DNA of 64,000 bases from Escherichia coli (GTDB taxonomy: Bacteria > Pseudomonadota > Gammaproteobacteria > Enterobacterales > Enterobacteriaceae). A program made the translations under genes and the position numbers. The notes under the pieces are model-generated. The model made no database searches. It worked only from the letters and a program-made list of their open reading frames with translations, and was not told the origin of the DNA. The DNA is taken from NCBI RefSeq assembly GCF_013315695.1, contig NZ_CP054353.1; one strand, given 5' to 3'. Within the stretch, counting starts at the first letter, position 1. The number at the start of each line of letters is the position of its first letter. Positions 52,953 to 63,630 of the stretch are shown here, piece after piece.

Positions 52953-54070
52953 GCTTCACTCTCCTGCTGACGATACTGATACCACGCGGCGCATGCTCCT
53001 TCGGAGGAAACCATCAGCGCGCCAAACGCGGTTTGAGGATTACAGGTGTTACCAAACAGCGGGCATTGATGCGGCTTACATTTGCCCGTTAATACTTCGC
53101 CACAACGTGCGCGCGGGTCATCGCAGACCTGCTGCGGTGCCGGGCGGAAATGCGCTTCGGCATCGAATCGTTGATAATCCGGCGTCAGGTGTACACCAGA
53201 AGATTCAATCACGCCTAAGCCGCGCCATTCGCTGTCGCCGTTGACACAGAACACATCGGCAATCGCCTGTTGCGCCAGCAGGTTACCGGCATCCGGCACC
53301 ACCCGACGATACTGATTCTCTACCTTGCTGTGGGCTGCTATTTTCTGCTCCACCAGCATGACCACGCCTTGCAGTAGATCAAGCGGTTCGAAACCAGCCA
53401 CCACCAGCGGACGATGAAAATCGCTGGCGATAAAATTATAGGCGTCGGTGCCGATAACCATACTGACGTGGCCGGGCGCGAGGAACGCGTCGATACCGTT
53501 ATCCGGCTGTTCCAGCAAACTGCGCAGTGTTGGGATGAGCGTAATGTGCTGGCAGAAGAAGTAAAAATTCTGCACATCGCGGGCTTTTGCCTGTTGCAGA
53601 GTGATGGCGGTGGTCGGCATGGTGGTTTCAAAACCTAAGCCGAAGAACACCACTTTGCGGGTTGGATTCTCCTGCGCCAGTTTTAACGCATCCATTGGCG
53701 AGTAAACGATGCGCACATCGGCACCGCGCGCTTTTGCCTGTAACAACGACCCCTGTTTCCCTGGTACGCGCATGGCGTCGCCAAAGGTACAGAAGATGAC
53801 TTCCGGATGGCTGGCAATCTCCACGCAGGTGTCGATTCTTCCCATCGGCAGTACACATACCGGGCAACCCGGACCGTGGATAAACTCAACGTTCTCCGGC
53901 AGCAACTGGTCGAGGCCGAATTTAAAAATGGCGTGGGTATGACCGCCACACACTTCCATAATCCGCAGAGGGCGTTCGGCGGTGTAAGAGAGATGTGAAG
54001 CACGTTCGCGCAGATGCTCAATTAACTGCATCACCTGTTCCGGCGCGCGATATTCATCAACAAAACGCAT
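52949..54070 (-). CDS. hypD: [NiFe]-hydrogenase maturation protein HypD
   Basis: 373-aa ORF with conserved CGxH, GPGCPVC and FPVC motifs. Confidence 0.9.
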   Translation of the reverse strand: MRFVDEYRAPEQVMQLIEHLRERASHLSYTAERPLRIMEVCGGHTHAIFKFGLDQLLPENVEFIHGPGCPVCVLPMGRIDTCVEIASHPEVIFCTFGDAMRVPGKQGSLLQAKARGADVRIVYSPMDALKLAQENPTRKVVFFGLGFETTMPTTAITLQQAKARDVQNFYFFCQHITLIPTLRSLLEQPDNGIDAFLAPGHVSMVIGTDAYNFIASDFHRPLVVAGFEPLDLLQGVVMLVEQKIAAHSKVENQYRRVVPDAGNLLAQQAIADVFCVNGDSEWRGLGVIESSGVHLTPDYQRFDAEAHFRPAPQQVCDDPRARCGEVLTGKCKPHQCPLFGNTCNPQTAFGALMVSSEGACAAWYQYRQQESEA

Positions 54071-54342
54071 TATTTTTCCTCGCCATACAACAGCGCACCG
54101 ACATCCGGCTCAACGTCAAACATGTTTTGTAAGGCGTCGAGAGTGTCGCGCGCTTCGGCTTCATTAATTACGCTCATGGCAAAGCCAACGTGAACCAGTA
54201 CCCACTGGCCCACGCGTGGCTGACCGTTTTCATCGCAGCTGCCGACTAACGTTAAATCGACATCGCGCTGAATGCCGCAGACGTCGACTTTCGCCTGGTT
54301 GCCGTCAATGGTGCGGATCTGGCCGGGAACGCCTATGCACAT
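54070..54342 (-). CDS. hypC: [NiFe]-hydrogenase maturation chaperone HypC
   Basis: 90 aa starting MCIGVPGQI (the N-terminal Cys after Met is diagnostic); the track ORF is over-extended by 9 codons. Confidence 0.85.
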   Translation of the reverse strand: MCIGVPGQIRTIDGNQAKVDVCGIQRDVDLTLVGSCDENGQPRVGQWVLVHVGFAMSVINEAEARDTLDALQNMFDVEPDVGALLYGEEK

Positions 54343-55205
54343 CGCTGTGTCTCCAGCCAGTTCAGCCACTGCTCCATCCCTTCGCCGCTGGTGGCGGAAA
54401 TAAGGATGATTTCAATTTCTGGATTGACTTCACGGGCGCAGGCGATGCACTTCTCAACGTCGAAATTGAGATACGGCAGCAAGTCAACTTTGTTGAGCAG
54501 CATCAGCGAGGCGGCGGCAAACATATGCGGATATTTCAGCGGTTTGTCTTCACCTTCGGTAACGGAAAGCACCGCCACTTTGTGTTTTTCACCGAGATCG
54601 AAGCTGGCCGGGCAAACGAGGTTACCAACGTTTTCGATAAACAGAATACCGTTATCGGCCAGTGGCAGGCGCGGTGCGGCGTCGGCAATCATCTGAGCGT
54701 CGAGATGGCAGCCTTTACCGGTATTCACCTGAATCGCTGGTGTGCCGGTAGCACGAATGCGTGCGGCATCGTTCACGGTTTGCTGATCGCCTTCAATAAC
54801 CGCGCACGGAACGCTGTCTTTCAGGCGCATTAAGGTTTCCGTCAGCAGGGTGGTTTTACCGGAACCAGGGCTGGAAACTAGGTTGAGCACCAGTTGCTTG
54901 CGGGCAGCAAAGCGCGCGCGGTTGCGTTCAGCCAGACGGTTATTTTTGTCCAGCACGTCAATTTCGACTTCCAGCATCCGACGCTGGCTCATGCCCGGCG
55001 CGTGAGTGCCCGCTTCGCCATGACCGTAATGCAGGTCGCCTTCTTCAGTCTGGCTGGGGGTAAATTCAGGCGCTTTAATGCCGGTGATTTTCATCTTCGG
55101 GCGTGCCGCCGGGGCAAATGGCGCGCTACGAAACGCGGAATGAGGGTTATGTTCATCACCCTCAATATAGAGGTTGCCTTCACCGCAACCGCATGTTGTA
55201 CACAT
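54333..55205 (-). CDS. hypB: Nickel-insertion GTPase HypB
   Basis: 290-aa ORF with N-terminal [10 protein letters not shown] metal-binding motif and GTPase P-loop GSGKTT. Confidence 0.9.
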   Translation of the reverse strand: MCTTCGCGEGNLYIEGDEHNPHSAFRSAPFAPAARPKMKITGIKAPEFTPSQTEEGDLHYGHGEAGTHAPGMSQRRMLEVEIDVLDKNNRLAERNRARFAARKQLVLNLVSSPGSGKTTLLTETLMRLKDSVPCAVIEGDQQTVNDAARIRATGTPAIQVNTGKGCHLDAQMIADAAPRLPLADNGILFIENVGNLVCPASFDLGEKHKVAVLSVTEGEDKPLKYPHMFAAASLMLLNKVDLLPYLNFDVEKCIACAREVNPEIEIILISATSGEGMEQWLNWLETQRCA

Positions 55206-55208
55206 CGC

Positions 55209-55559
55209 TCACTCCTGGTCTATTTCTATCCGCCGAATCTGTAAACCGTCGTCTGCCACAATCTGTAGCATGTCACCATGACACTGTGGACAGCGGCGGA
55301 CGCGCTGGGTCAGTAGCGTCACATACTGTTGGCATGTTTCACACCAGCATTCGGCCTCTTGTTCTTCGAGGTGCAGTTTACAACCTTCCGCCACGCTGCC
55401 GCGGCAAACCAGATCAAAACAAAAGGCAAGAGAGCTGGTTTCGACACAAGAAAATGCGCCAATTTTGAGCCAGACCCCAGTTACGCGTTTTGCGCCGTGT
55501 TTTGCGGCCTGCTGTTCGATCAATTCCAGTGCCCGTTGGCAGAGGGTTATTTCGTGCAT
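55209..55559 (-). CDS. hypA: Nickel-insertion protein HypA
   Basis: 116 aa starting MHEITLCQ after a GGGAGG RBS; zinc-finger CxxC...CxxC pairs. Confidence 0.9.
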   Translation of the reverse strand: MHEITLCQRALELIEQQAAKHGAKRVTGVWLKIGAFSCVETSSLAFCFDLVCRGSVAEGCKLHLEEQEAECWCETCQQYVTLLTQRVRRCPQCHGDMLQIVADDGLQIRRIEIDQE

Positions 55560-55590
55560 ATCGCCTCCCATTAACTATTGCCAGCTACAA

Positions 55591-55605
55591 GCAATAATTG
55601 TGCCA
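55591..55605 (-). promoter_or_regulatory. Sigma-54 (-24/-12) promoter for the hyp operon
   Basis: Reverse complement reads TGGCAC-AATTA-TTGC, matching the GG-N10-GC sigma-54 consensus. Confidence 0.5.
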
Positions 55606-55630
55606 GTGTTGATTATCCCTGCGGTGAATA

Positions 55631-55665
55631 ATGTCGATGATGTCGAAATGACACGTCGACACGGC
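55631..55665. promoter_or_regulatory. Candidate FhlA upstream activating sequence (hyp/hyc divergent region)
   Basis: ATGTCGATGATGTCGAAATGACACGTCGACA contains repeated TGTCGA/TCGACA units; a near-identical motif recurs at 56282-56338. Confidence 0.45.
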
Positions 55666-55717
55666 GACGAAATTCATCTTTAGCTTAGAAATTGCTTTAA
55701 TAACAATGAATTAAAAG

Positions 55718-55735
55718 TTGGCACAGAAAATGCTT
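55718..55735 (+). promoter_or_regulatory. Sigma-54 (-24/-12) promoter for the hyc operon
   Basis: TTGGCAC-AGAAAA-TGCTT matches the GG-N10-GC consensus about 40 bp upstream of the hycA ATG. Confidence 0.55.
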
Positions 55736-55770
55736 AAAGCTGGCATCTCTGTTAAACGGGTAACCTGACA

Positions 55771-56232
55771 ATGACTATTTGGGAAATAAGCGAGAAAGCC
55801 GATTACATCGCACAGCGGCATCGTCGCCTACAGGACCAGTGGCACATCTACTGCAATTCGCTGGTTCAGGGGATCACGTTATCGAAAGCGCGCCTGCATC
55901 ACGCCATGAGCTGCGCGCCGGACAAAGAACTCTGTTTCGTCCTTTTTGAACATTTTCGCATTTACGTCACCCTGGCGGATGGCTTTAACAGCCACACCAT
56001 CGAGTATTACGTCGAAACAAAAGATGGCGAAGACAAACAGCGGATTGCGCAGGCGCAACTGAGCATTGACGGCATGATTGATGGCAAGGTCAACATCCGC
56101 GATCGCGAACAGGTTCTGGAACACTATCTCGAAAAAATCGCTGGCGTTTACGACAGCTTATATACCGCCATTGAAAACAATGTGCCGGTGAATTTAAGCC
56201 AACTGGTAAAGGGACAAAGCCCGGCAGCATGA
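55771..56232 (+). CDS. hycA: Formate hydrogenlyase regulatory protein HycA
   Basis: 153-aa ORF, first gene after the sigma-54 promoter. Confidence 0.9.
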   Translation: MTIWEISEKADYIAQRHRRLQDQWHIYCNSLVQGITLSKARLHHAMSCAPDKELCFVLFEHFRIYVTLADGFNSHTIEYYVETKDGEDKQRIAQAQLSIDGMIDGKVNIRDREQVLEHYLEKIAGVYDSLYTAIENNVPVNLSQLVKGQSPAA

Positions 56233-56281
56233 GCTGAGGCTTTGCCCGTTTTGCAGGCGTTACGCCTGTTTGGGGATGGGC

Positions 56282-56338
56282 GTGTCGATGAGTGTCGAAA
56301 ATGACATTTCATCGGCATGTTTTCGTCAAAAATGACAA
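56282..56338. promoter_or_regulatory. Second FhlA-UAS-like motif between hycA and hycB
   Basis: TGTCGATGAGTGTCGAAAATGACA... repeats the 55631-55665 motif almost exactly. Confidence 0.4.
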
Positions 56339-56356
56339 TCACCTGAGGAATGCCTG

Positions 56357-56968
56357 GTGAATCGTTTTGTAATTGCTGACTCCACGCTCTGTATCGGCTG
56401 CCACACTTGTGAGGCTGCCTGTTCAGAGACGCATCGCCAGCACGGCCTGCAATCAATGCCGCGCCTGAGAGTGATGCTAAATGAAAAAGAATCTGCGCCG
56501 CAGCTCTGCCACCACTGTGAAGATGCACCCTGCGCAACGGTCTGCCCGGTTAACGCCATCACTCGTGTTGATGGTGCTGTGCAGTTGAATGAAAGTCTGT
56601 GCGTAAGCTGCAAACTGTGTGGCATCGCCTGCCCGTTTGGCGCAATTGAATTTTCCGGCAGCCGTCCGCTGGATATTCCGGCAAACGCCAATACCCCGAA
56701 AGCGCCACCGGCACCGCCTGCTCCGGCGTGTGTCAGCACATTGCTTGACTGGGTGCCAGGTATTCGCGCGATCGCCGTCAAATGTGACCTTTGTAGCTTT
56801 GATGAACAAGGTCCGGCCTGCGTGCGGATGTGCCCGACTAAAGCCCTGCATCTGGTGGATAACACCGATATCGCCCGCGTCAGCAAACGTAAGCGTGAGC
56901 TGACTTTTAACACGGACTTTGGCGATCTCACCTTGTTTCAGCAGGCTCAAAGTGGAGAGGCTAAATGA
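56357..56968 (+). CDS. hycB: Formate hydrogenlyase Fe-S subunit HycB
   Basis: 203-aa ORF with four CxxCxxCxxxCP ferredoxin-type clusters; GTG start after a GAGGAA RBS. Confidence 0.9.
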   Translation: MNRFVIADSTLCIGCHTCEAACSETHRQHGLQSMPRLRVMLNEKESAPQLCHHCEDAPCATVCPVNAITRVDGAVQLNESLCVSCKLCGIACPFGAIEFSGSRPLDIPANANTPKAPPAPPAPACVSTLLDWVPGIRAIAVKCDLCSFDEQGPACVRMCPTKALHLVDNTDIARVSKRKRELTFNTDFGDLTLFQQAQSGEAK

Positions 56969-58791
56969 GCGCAATTTCCCTGATCAATAGCGGCGTGGCG
57001 TGGTTTGTCGCCGTCGCTGTTCTGGCATTTCTCTTTTCTTTTCAAAAAGCGCTAAGTGGCTGGATAGCCGGAATTGGCGGCGCGGTGGGTAGCCTGTATA
57101 CGGCAGCCGCGGGCTTCACTGTGCTGACTGGCGCGGTTGGCGTGAGCGGTGCGCTGTCGCTGGTAAGCTACGATGTGCAAATCTCTCCGCTTAACGCGAT
57201 TTGGCTGATTACGCTCGGTCTGTGCGGTCTGTTTATCAGCCTCTACAACATTGACTGGCATCGCCACGCGCAGGTGAAGTGCAACGGCTTGCAGATCAAT
57301 ATGTTGATGGCTGCCGCCGTCTGTGCCGTCATCGCCAGCAACCTCGGCATGTTCGTGGTAATGGCCGAAATCATGGCCCTGTGTGCGGTGTTCCTCACCA
57401 GCAACAGCAAAGAGGGCAAACTGTGGTTTGCGCTGGGGCGTCTTGGCACTCTGCTGCTGGCGATTGCTTGCTGGCTGCTGTGGCAGCGTTACGGCACGCT
57501 GGATCTGCGCCTGCTGGATATGCGTATGCAACAGCTGCCGCTCGGTTCCGATATCTGGCTGCTCGGTGTGATTGGCTTTGGTCTGCTGGCAGGGATTATT
57601 CCGCTGCACGGCTGGGTGCCGCAGGCACATGCTAACGCCTCTGCGCCAGCTGCCGCGTTGTTTTCTACGGTAGTCATGAAAATTGGCCTGCTGGGCATTT
57701 TAACCCTGTCACTGCTGGGCGGTAACGCACCGCTGTGGTGGGGGATCGCGCTGCTGGTGCTCGGTATGATCACCGCGTTCGTCGGTGGTCTGTATGCGCT
57801 GATGGAGCATAACATCCAGCGCCTGCTGGCTTACCACACCCTGGAAAATATCGGCATTATCCTGCTGGGGCTGGGCGCTGGCGTAACGGGTATCGCGCTC
57901 GAACAACCGGCGCTGATTGCCCTTGGTCTGGTTGGTGGTCTGTACCATCTGCTTAACCATAGCCTGTTCAAAAGCGTGCTTTTCCTCGGGGCGGGGAGCG
58001 TCTGGTTCCGTACCGGTCATCGCGATATCGAAAAACTCGGTGGTATTGGCAAGAAAATGCCGGTTATCTCCATCGCCATGTTAGTCGGGCTGATGGCAAT
58101 GGCTGCGCTGCCGCCGCTGAACGGTTTTGCCGGGGAATGGGTTATCTATCAATCCTTCTTCAAACTGAGCAATAGTGGCGCGTTTGTTGCCCGTCTTCTC
58201 GGGCCGCTGCTCGCCGTGGGGCTGGCAATTACCGGTGCGCTGGCGGTGATGTGTATGGCGAAAGTCTATGGCGTTACTTTCCTCGGCGCGCCGCGTACCA
58301 AAGAAGCCGAAAACGCCACCTGTGCGCCGCTCCTGATGAGCGTAAGCGTAGTGGCACTGGCGATTTGCTGCGTAATTGGCGGTGTTGCTGCGCCGTGGCT
58401 ACTGCCGATGCTCTCTGCTGCTGTACCTCTGCCGCTGGAGCCTGCTAACACCACCGTTTCTCAACCAATGATCACGTTGCTGCTGATTGCCTGCCCGCTG
58501 CTGCCATTCATCATTATGGCGATTTGCAAAGGCGATCGTTTGCCGTCGCGTTCCCGCGGCGCGGCCTGGGTGTGCGGCTACGACCATGAAAAATCAATGG
58601 TGATTACCGCTCACGGTTTTGCCATGCCGGTGAAACAGGCGTTTGCGCCGGTGCTGAAACTGCGCAAATGGCTGAATCCGGTGTCGCTGGTACCGGGCTG
58701 GCAGTGCGAGGGGAGTGCGTTGCTGTTCCGCCGGATGGCGCTGGTTGAACTGGCGGTGCTGGTGGTGATTATTGTTTCACGAGGAGCCTGA
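56965..58791 (+). CDS. hycC: Formate hydrogenlyase membrane subunit HycC (NuoL/ND5-like)
   Basis: 608-aa polytopic membrane ORF; overlaps the hycB stop. Confidence 0.9.
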   Translation: MSAISLINSGVAWFVAVAVLAFLFSFQKALSGWIAGIGGAVGSLYTAAAGFTVLTGAVGVSGALSLVSYDVQISPLNAIWLITLGLCGLFISLYNIDWHRHAQVKCNGLQINMLMAAAVCAVIASNLGMFVVMAEIMALCAVFLTSNSKEGKLWFALGRLGTLLLAIACWLLWQRYGTLDLRLLDMRMQQLPLGSDIWLLGVIGFGLLAGIIPLHGWVPQAHANASAPAAALFSTVVMKIGLLGILTLSLLGGNAPLWWGIALLVLGMITAFVGGLYALMEHNIQRLLAYHTLENIGIILLGLGAGVTGIALEQPALIALGLVGGLYHLLNHSLFKSVLFLGAGSVWFRTGHRDIEKLGGIGKKMPVISIAMLVGLMAMAALPPLNGFAGEWVIYQSFFKLSNSGAFVARLLGPLLAVGLAITGALAVMCMAKVYGVTFLGAPRTKEAENATCAPLLMSVSVVALAICCVIGGVAAPWLLPMLSAAVPLPLEPANTTVSQPMITLLLIACPLLPFIIMAICKGDRLPSRSRGAAWVCGYDHEKSMVITAHGFAMPVKQAFAPVLKLRKWLNPVSLVPGWQCEGSALLFRRMALVELAVLVVIIVSRGA

Positions 58792-58793
58792 GA

Positions 58794-59717
58794 ATGAGTG
58801 TTTTATATCCGTTAATTCAGGCGCTGGTGCTATTTGCCGTTGCGCCGCTGCTCTCCGGTATTACCCGCGTAGCGCGCGCCCGTCTGCATAACCGTCGTGG
58901 GCCGGGTGTGTTGCAGGAGTATCGCGACATTATCAAACTGCTGGGGCGTCAGAGCGTTGGCCCGGATGCCTCCGGCTGGGTGTTCCGCCTGACGCCGTAT
59001 GTGATGGTGGGCGTCATGCTGACTATCGCCACTGCGCTGCCGGTGGTGACCGTCGGTTCTCCGCTGCCGCAACTGGGCGATTTGATCACCTTACTGTATC
59101 TCTTCGCCATCGCGCGTTTCTTCTTTGCCATTTCTGGTCTGGATACCGGTAGCCCGTTTACCGCTATCGGCGCGAGCCGTGAAGCGATGCTTGGCGTGTT
59201 GGTTGAACCGATGCTGCTGCTTGGTCTGTGGGTCGCCGCACAGGTTGCCGGTTCCACCAACATCAGCAACATCACCGACACCGTTTATCACTGGCCACTG
59301 AGCCAGAGCATCCCGCTGGTGCTGGCGCTTTGTGCCTGTGCGTTCGCCACCTTTATCGAAATGGGCAAACTGCCGTTCGACCTGGCGGAAGCCGAGCAGG
59401 AGTTGCAGGAAGGTCCGCTCTCCGAATACAGCGGTAGCGGCTTTGGCGTCATGAAATGGGGTATCAGCCTGAAACAGCTGGTGGTGTTGCAGATGTTCGT
59501 CGGGGTGTTTATTCCGTGGGGACAAATGGAAACCTTCACCGCTGGTGGACTGCTGCTGGCGCTGGTGATTGCCATCATCAAACTGGTGGTTGGCGTCCTG
59601 GTTATCGCGCTGTTCGAAAACAGCATGGCCCGTCTGCGTCTTGATATTACTCCGCGCATTACCTGGGCTGGGTTTGGCTTTGCATTTTTAGCGTTCGTCT
59701 CCTTGCTGGCGGCGTGA
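58794..59717 (+). CDS. hycD: Formate hydrogenlyase membrane subunit HycD (NuoH-like)
   Basis: 307-aa polytopic membrane ORF. Confidence 0.9.
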   Translation: MSVLYPLIQALVLFAVAPLLSGITRVARARLHNRRGPGVLQEYRDIIKLLGRQSVGPDASGWVFRLTPYVMVGVMLTIATALPVVTVGSPLPQLGDLITLLYLFAIARFFFAISGLDTGSPFTAIGASREAMLGVLVEPMLLLGLWVAAQVAGSTNISNITDTVYHWPLSQSIPLVLALCACAFATFIEMGKLPFDLAEAEQELQEGPLSEYSGSGFGVMKWGISLKQLVVLQMFVGVFIPWGQMETFTAGGLLLALVIAIIKLVVGVLVIALFENSMARLRLDITPRITWAGFGFAFLAFVSLLAA

Positions 59718-59734
59718 TTAAAGAGAGTTTGAGC

Positions 59735-61444
59735 ATGTCTGAAGAAAAATTAGGTCAACATTATCTCGCCGCGCTGAATGAGGCATTTCCGGGCGTCGTG
59801 CTGGACCACGCGTGGCAGACCAAAGATCAGCTGACTGTCACCGTAAAGGTGAACTATCTGCCGGAAGTGGTGGAGTTTCTCTACTACAAGCAGGGGGGCT
59901 GGCTGTCGGTGCTGTTTGGTAACGACGAACGCAAACTGAATGGTCATTACGCCGTTTACTACGTGCTGTCGATGGAGAAGGGCACCAAATGCTGGATAAC
60001 CGTGCGCGTTGAAGTTGACGCCAACAAACCGGAATATCCGTCCGTGACACCGCGCGTTCCGGCGGCGGTGTGGGGCGAGCGCGAAGTGCGCGATATGTAC
60101 GGTTTGATTCCGGTTGGTCTGCCAGATGAACGCCGTCTGGTGCTGCCGGATGACTGGCCGGATGAACTTTATCCGCTGCGTAAAGACAGCATGGATTATC
60201 GTCAGCGTCCGGCACCGACTACCGATGCTGAAACCTACGAGTTCATCAACGAACTGGGCGACAAGAAAAACAATGTCGTGCCGATTGGTCCGCTGCACGT
60301 CACTTCTGACGAACCGGGTCACTTCCGTCTGTTTGTCGATGGCGAAAACATTATCGACGCCGACTACCGCCTGTTCTACGTTCATCGCGGCATGGAAAAA
60401 CTGGCGGAAACCCGCATGGGTTATAACGAAGTGACCTTCCTCTCTGACCGTGTGTGCGGGATCTGCGGCTTTGCTCACAGCACCGCCTATACCACGTCGG
60501 TGGAAAACGCGATGGGTATTCAGGTGCCAGAACGTGCGCAGATGATCCGCGCCATTCTGCTGGAGGTAGAACGCCTGCACTCGCATCTGCTCAATCTCGG
60601 CCTGGCCTGTCACTTTACCGGCTTCGACTCCGGCTTTATGCAGTTCTTCCGCGTGCGTGAAACCTCCATGAAAATGGCAGAGGTCCTTACCGGTGCACGT
60701 AAAACCTACGGCCTGAACCTGATCGGCGGGATTCGTCGCGATCTGCTGAAAGACGACATGATCCAGACCCGCCAGCTGGCACAACAGATGCGTCGTGAAG
60801 TGCAGGAGCTGGTGGATGTGCTGCTGAGCACACCGAACATGGAACAACGCACCGTCGGTATTGGTCGTCTGGACCCGGAAATCGCTCGCGACTTCAGTAA
60901 CGTTGGCCCGATGGTCCGTGCCAGCGGTCACGCCCGTGATACCCGTGCCGATCACCCGTTTGTTGGTTATGGCCTGCTGCCAATGGAAGTCCACAGCGAG
61001 CAGGGCTGCGACGTTATTTCCCGTCTGAAAGTGCGTATCAACGAAGTCTATACCGCGCTGAATATGATCGATTACGGTCTGGATAACCTGCCGGGCGGCC
61101 CGCTGATGGTGGAAGGCTTTACCTACATTCCGCACCGTTTCGCGCTGGGCTTTGCCGAAGCGCCGCGCGGCGACGATATCCACTGGAGCATGACCGGCGA
61201 CAACCAGAAGCTGTACCGCTGGCGCTGCCGTGCGGCGACCTACGCAAACTGGCCGACCCTGCGCTACATGCTGCGCGGCAACACCGTTTCCGATGCGCCG
61301 TTGATTATCGGTAGCCTGGACCCTTGCTACTCCTGTACCGACCGCATGACCGTGGTCGATGTACGTAAGAAGAAGAGCAAAGTGGTGCCGTACAAAGAAC
61401 TCGAGCGTTACAGCATTGAGCGTAAAAACTCGCCGCTGAAATAA
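59735..61444 (+). CDS. hycE: Hydrogenase 3 large [NiFe] subunit HycE
   Basis: 569 aa from MSEEKLGQHYL...; N-terminal RVCGICGFAH and C-terminal DPCYSCTDR Ni-binding motifs; the track ORF from 59714 is over-extended. Confidence 0.9.
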   Translation: MSEEKLGQHYLAALNEAFPGVVLDHAWQTKDQLTVTVKVNYLPEVVEFLYYKQGGWLSVLFGNDERKLNGHYAVYYVLSMEKGTKCWITVRVEVDANKPEYPSVTPRVPAAVWGEREVRDMYGLIPVGLPDERRLVLPDDWPDELYPLRKDSMDYRQRPAPTTDAETYEFINELGDKKNNVVPIGPLHVTSDEPGHFRLFVDGENIIDADYRLFYVHRGMEKLAETRMGYNEVTFLSDRVCGICGFAHSTAYTTSVENAMGIQVPERAQMIRAILLEVERLHSHLLNLGLACHFTGFDSGFMQFFRVRETSMKMAEVLTGARKTYGLNLIGGIRRDLLKDDMIQTRQLAQQMRREVQELVDVLLSTPNMEQRTVGIGRLDPEIARDFSNVGPMVRASGHARDTRADHPFVGYGLLPMEVHSEQGCDVISRLKVRINEVYTALNMIDYGLDNLPGGPLMVEGFTYIPHRFALGFAEAPRGDDIHWSMTGDNQKLYRWRCRAATYANWPTLRYMLRGNTVSDAPLIIGSLDPCYSCTDRMTVVDVRKKKSKVVPYKELERYSIERKNSPLK

Positions 61445-61453
61445 GGAATCGCC

Positions 61454-61996
61454 ATGTTTACCTTTATCAAAAAAGTCATTAAAACCGGCACGGCGACCTC
61501 GTCTTACCCGCTGGAGCCGATTGCGGTTGATAAAAACTTCCGTGGTAAGCCAGAGCAGAACCCGCAGCAGTGCATCGGCTGTGCAGCCTGCGTCAATGCC
61601 TGCCCGTCAAACGCCTTAACGGTTGAAACTGACCTCGCCACAGGTGAGCTGGCATGGCAGTTCAATCTCGGTCGCTGCATCTTCTGTGGACGTTGCGAAG
61701 AAGTCTGCCCGACGGCGGCGATCAAACTGTCGCAAGAGTACGAACTGGCGGTGTGGAAGAAAGAAGACTTCCTGCAACAGTCTCGCTTCGCGCTGTGCAA
61801 CTGCCGCGTCTGCAATCGTCCTTTCGCCGTCCAGAAAGAGATCGACTACGCCATTGCGCTGCTTAAGCACAATGGTGACAGCCGCGCGGAAAACCACCGC
61901 GAAAGCTTTGAGACTTGCCCGGAATGTAAGCGCCAGAAATGCCTGGTGCCGTCCGACCGTATTGAACTGACTCGCCATATGAAAGAGGCCATCTGA
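61454..61996 (+). CDS. hycF: Formate hydrogenlyase Fe-S subunit HycF
   Basis: 180-aa ORF with two CxxCxxCxxxCP motifs. Confidence 0.9.
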   Translation: MFTFIKKVIKTGTATSSYPLEPIAVDKNFRGKPEQNPQQCIGCAACVNACPSNALTVETDLATGELAWQFNLGRCIFCGRCEEVCPTAAIKLSQEYELAVWKKEDFLQQSRFALCNCRVCNRPFAVQKEIDYAIALLKHNGDSRAENHRESFETCPECKRQKCLVPSDRIELTRHMKEAI

Positions 61997-62763
61997 TGAG
62001 CAATTTATTAGGCCCCCGTGACGCCAACGGCATTCCGGTCCCGATGACGGTGGATGAATCCATCGCCAGTATGAAGGCGTCGTTACTGAAAAAAATCAAA
62101 CGTTCTGCCTACGTTTACCGCGTGGACTGCGGCGGCTGCAACGGCTGTGAAATCGAAATTTTCGCCACGCTTTCGCCGCTGTTCGATGCAGAACGCTTCG
62201 GCATTAAAGTCGTCCCGTCACCGCGTCATGCGGATATTTTACTGTTTACCGGCGCGGTCACCCGTGCAATGCGATCCCCTGCGCTGCGTGCGTGGCAGTC
62301 CGCGCCGGACCCGAAAATCTGTATCTCCTACGGTGCCTGCGGTAACAGCGGCGGCATTTTCCACGATCTCTACTGCGTGTGGGGCGGTACGGATAAAATC
62401 GTCCCGGTCGATGTTTACATTCCTGGTTGCCCACCAACGCCTGCCGCCACGCTGTATGGCTTTGCGATGGCGCTCGGCCTGCTGGAGCAGAAAATCCACG
62501 CTCGTGGGCCGGGTGAACTGGATGAACAACCGGCTGAGATTCTGCATGGCGATATGGTGCAGCCGCTGCGTGTAAAAGTAGATCGCGAAGCACGCCGCCT
62601 GGCGGGTTATCGTTACGGTCGCCAGATTGCCGATGATTTCCTGACGCAGTTAGGGCAGGGTGAAGAGCAGGTTGCACGCTGGCTGGAAGCGGAAAACGAT
62701 CCGCGTCTGAACGAGATTGTCAGCCATCTGAATCATGTTGTTGAAGAGGCGCGTATCCGATGA
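61996..62763 (+). CDS. hycG: Hydrogenase 3 small subunit HycG (NuoB-like)
   Basis: 255-aa ORF with CGGCNGC and GCPP motifs. Confidence 0.9.
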   Translation: MSNLLGPRDANGIPVPMTVDESIASMKASLLKKIKRSAYVYRVDCGGCNGCEIEIFATLSPLFDAERFGIKVVPSPRHADILLFTGAVTRAMRSPALRAWQSAPDPKICISYGACGNSGGIFHDLYCVWGGTDKIVPVDVYIPGCPPTPAATLYGFAMALGLLEQKIHARGPGELDEQPAEILHGDMVQPLRVKVDREARRLAGYRYGRQIADDFLTQLGQGEEQVARWLEAENDPRLNEIVSHLNHVVEEARIR

Positions 62764-63170
62764 GTGAAAAGGTGGTGTTCAGTCAACTGAGCCGTAAATT
62801 TATTGATGAGAACGATGCCACGCCCGCCGAGGCGCAGCAGGTGGTCTATTACAGCCTGGCGATTGGTCACCACCTTGGGGTTATCGATTGCCTGGAAGCG
62901 GCGCTCACCTGCCCGTGGGATGAATATCTGGCATGGATTGCCACTCTGGAGGCGGGCAGCGAAGCCCGCCGCAAAATGGAAGGCGTGCCGAAATATGGTG
63001 AGATCGTCATCGACATTAACCATGTGCCGATGCTGGCCAACGCATTCGATAAAGCCCGGGCAGCGCAAACTTCGCAGCAGAAGGAATGGAGTACAATGCT
63101 GTTAAGTATGCTGCATGATATTCATCAGGAAAACGCCATCTATTTGATGGTGAGGAGACTGCGTGACTGA
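62760..63170 (+). CDS. hycH: Formate hydrogenlyase maturation protein HycH
   Basis: 136-aa ORF; overlaps neighbours on both sides. Confidence 0.85.
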   Translation: MSEKVVFSQLSRKFIDENDATPAEAQQVVYYSLAIGHHLGVIDCLEAALTCPWDEYLAWIATLEAGSEARRKMEGVPKYGEIVIDINHVPMLANAFDKARAAQTSQQKEWSTMLLSMLHDIHQENAIYLMVRRLRD

Positions 63171-63630
63171 CGTTTTACTTTGTGTTGGCAATAGCATGAT
63201 GGGCGATGATGGCGCAGGCCCGCTGCTGGCGGAAAAGTGCGCCGCCGCGCCGAAAGGTAACTGGGTGGTGATTGACGGCGGTAGCGCACCGGAAAACGAT
63301 ATCGTCGCCATCCGTGAACTGCGCCCGACACGACTGCTGATTGTCGACGCCACGGATATGGGGCTAAACCCCGGCGAGATCCGCATCATCGACCCGGATG
63401 ACATCGCCGAGATGTTTATGATGACTACCCATAACATGCCGCTGAACTACCTTATCGACCAGTTGAAAGAAGACATTGGCGAAGTGATTTTCCTCGGCAT
63501 CCAGCCGGATATCGTCGGCTTTTACTACCCGATGACCCAGCCGATTAAAGACGCGGTAGAAACCGTTTATCAACGGCTGGAAGGCTGGGAAGGGAATGGC
63601 GGCTTCGCGCAGTTAGCGGTGGAAGAATAA
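63163..63630 (+). CDS. hycI: Hydrogenase 3 maturation endopeptidase HycI
   Basis: 155-aa [28 protein letters not shown]..., HycI/HybD protease family. Confidence 0.9.
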   Translation: MTDVLLCVGNSMMGDDGAGPLLAEKCAAAPKGNWVVIDGGSAPENDIVAIRELRPTRLLIVDATDMGLNPGEIRIIDPDDIAEMFMMTTHNMPLNYLIDQLKEDIGEVIFLGIQPDIVGFYYPMTQPIKDAVETVYQRLEGWEGNGGFAQLAVEE

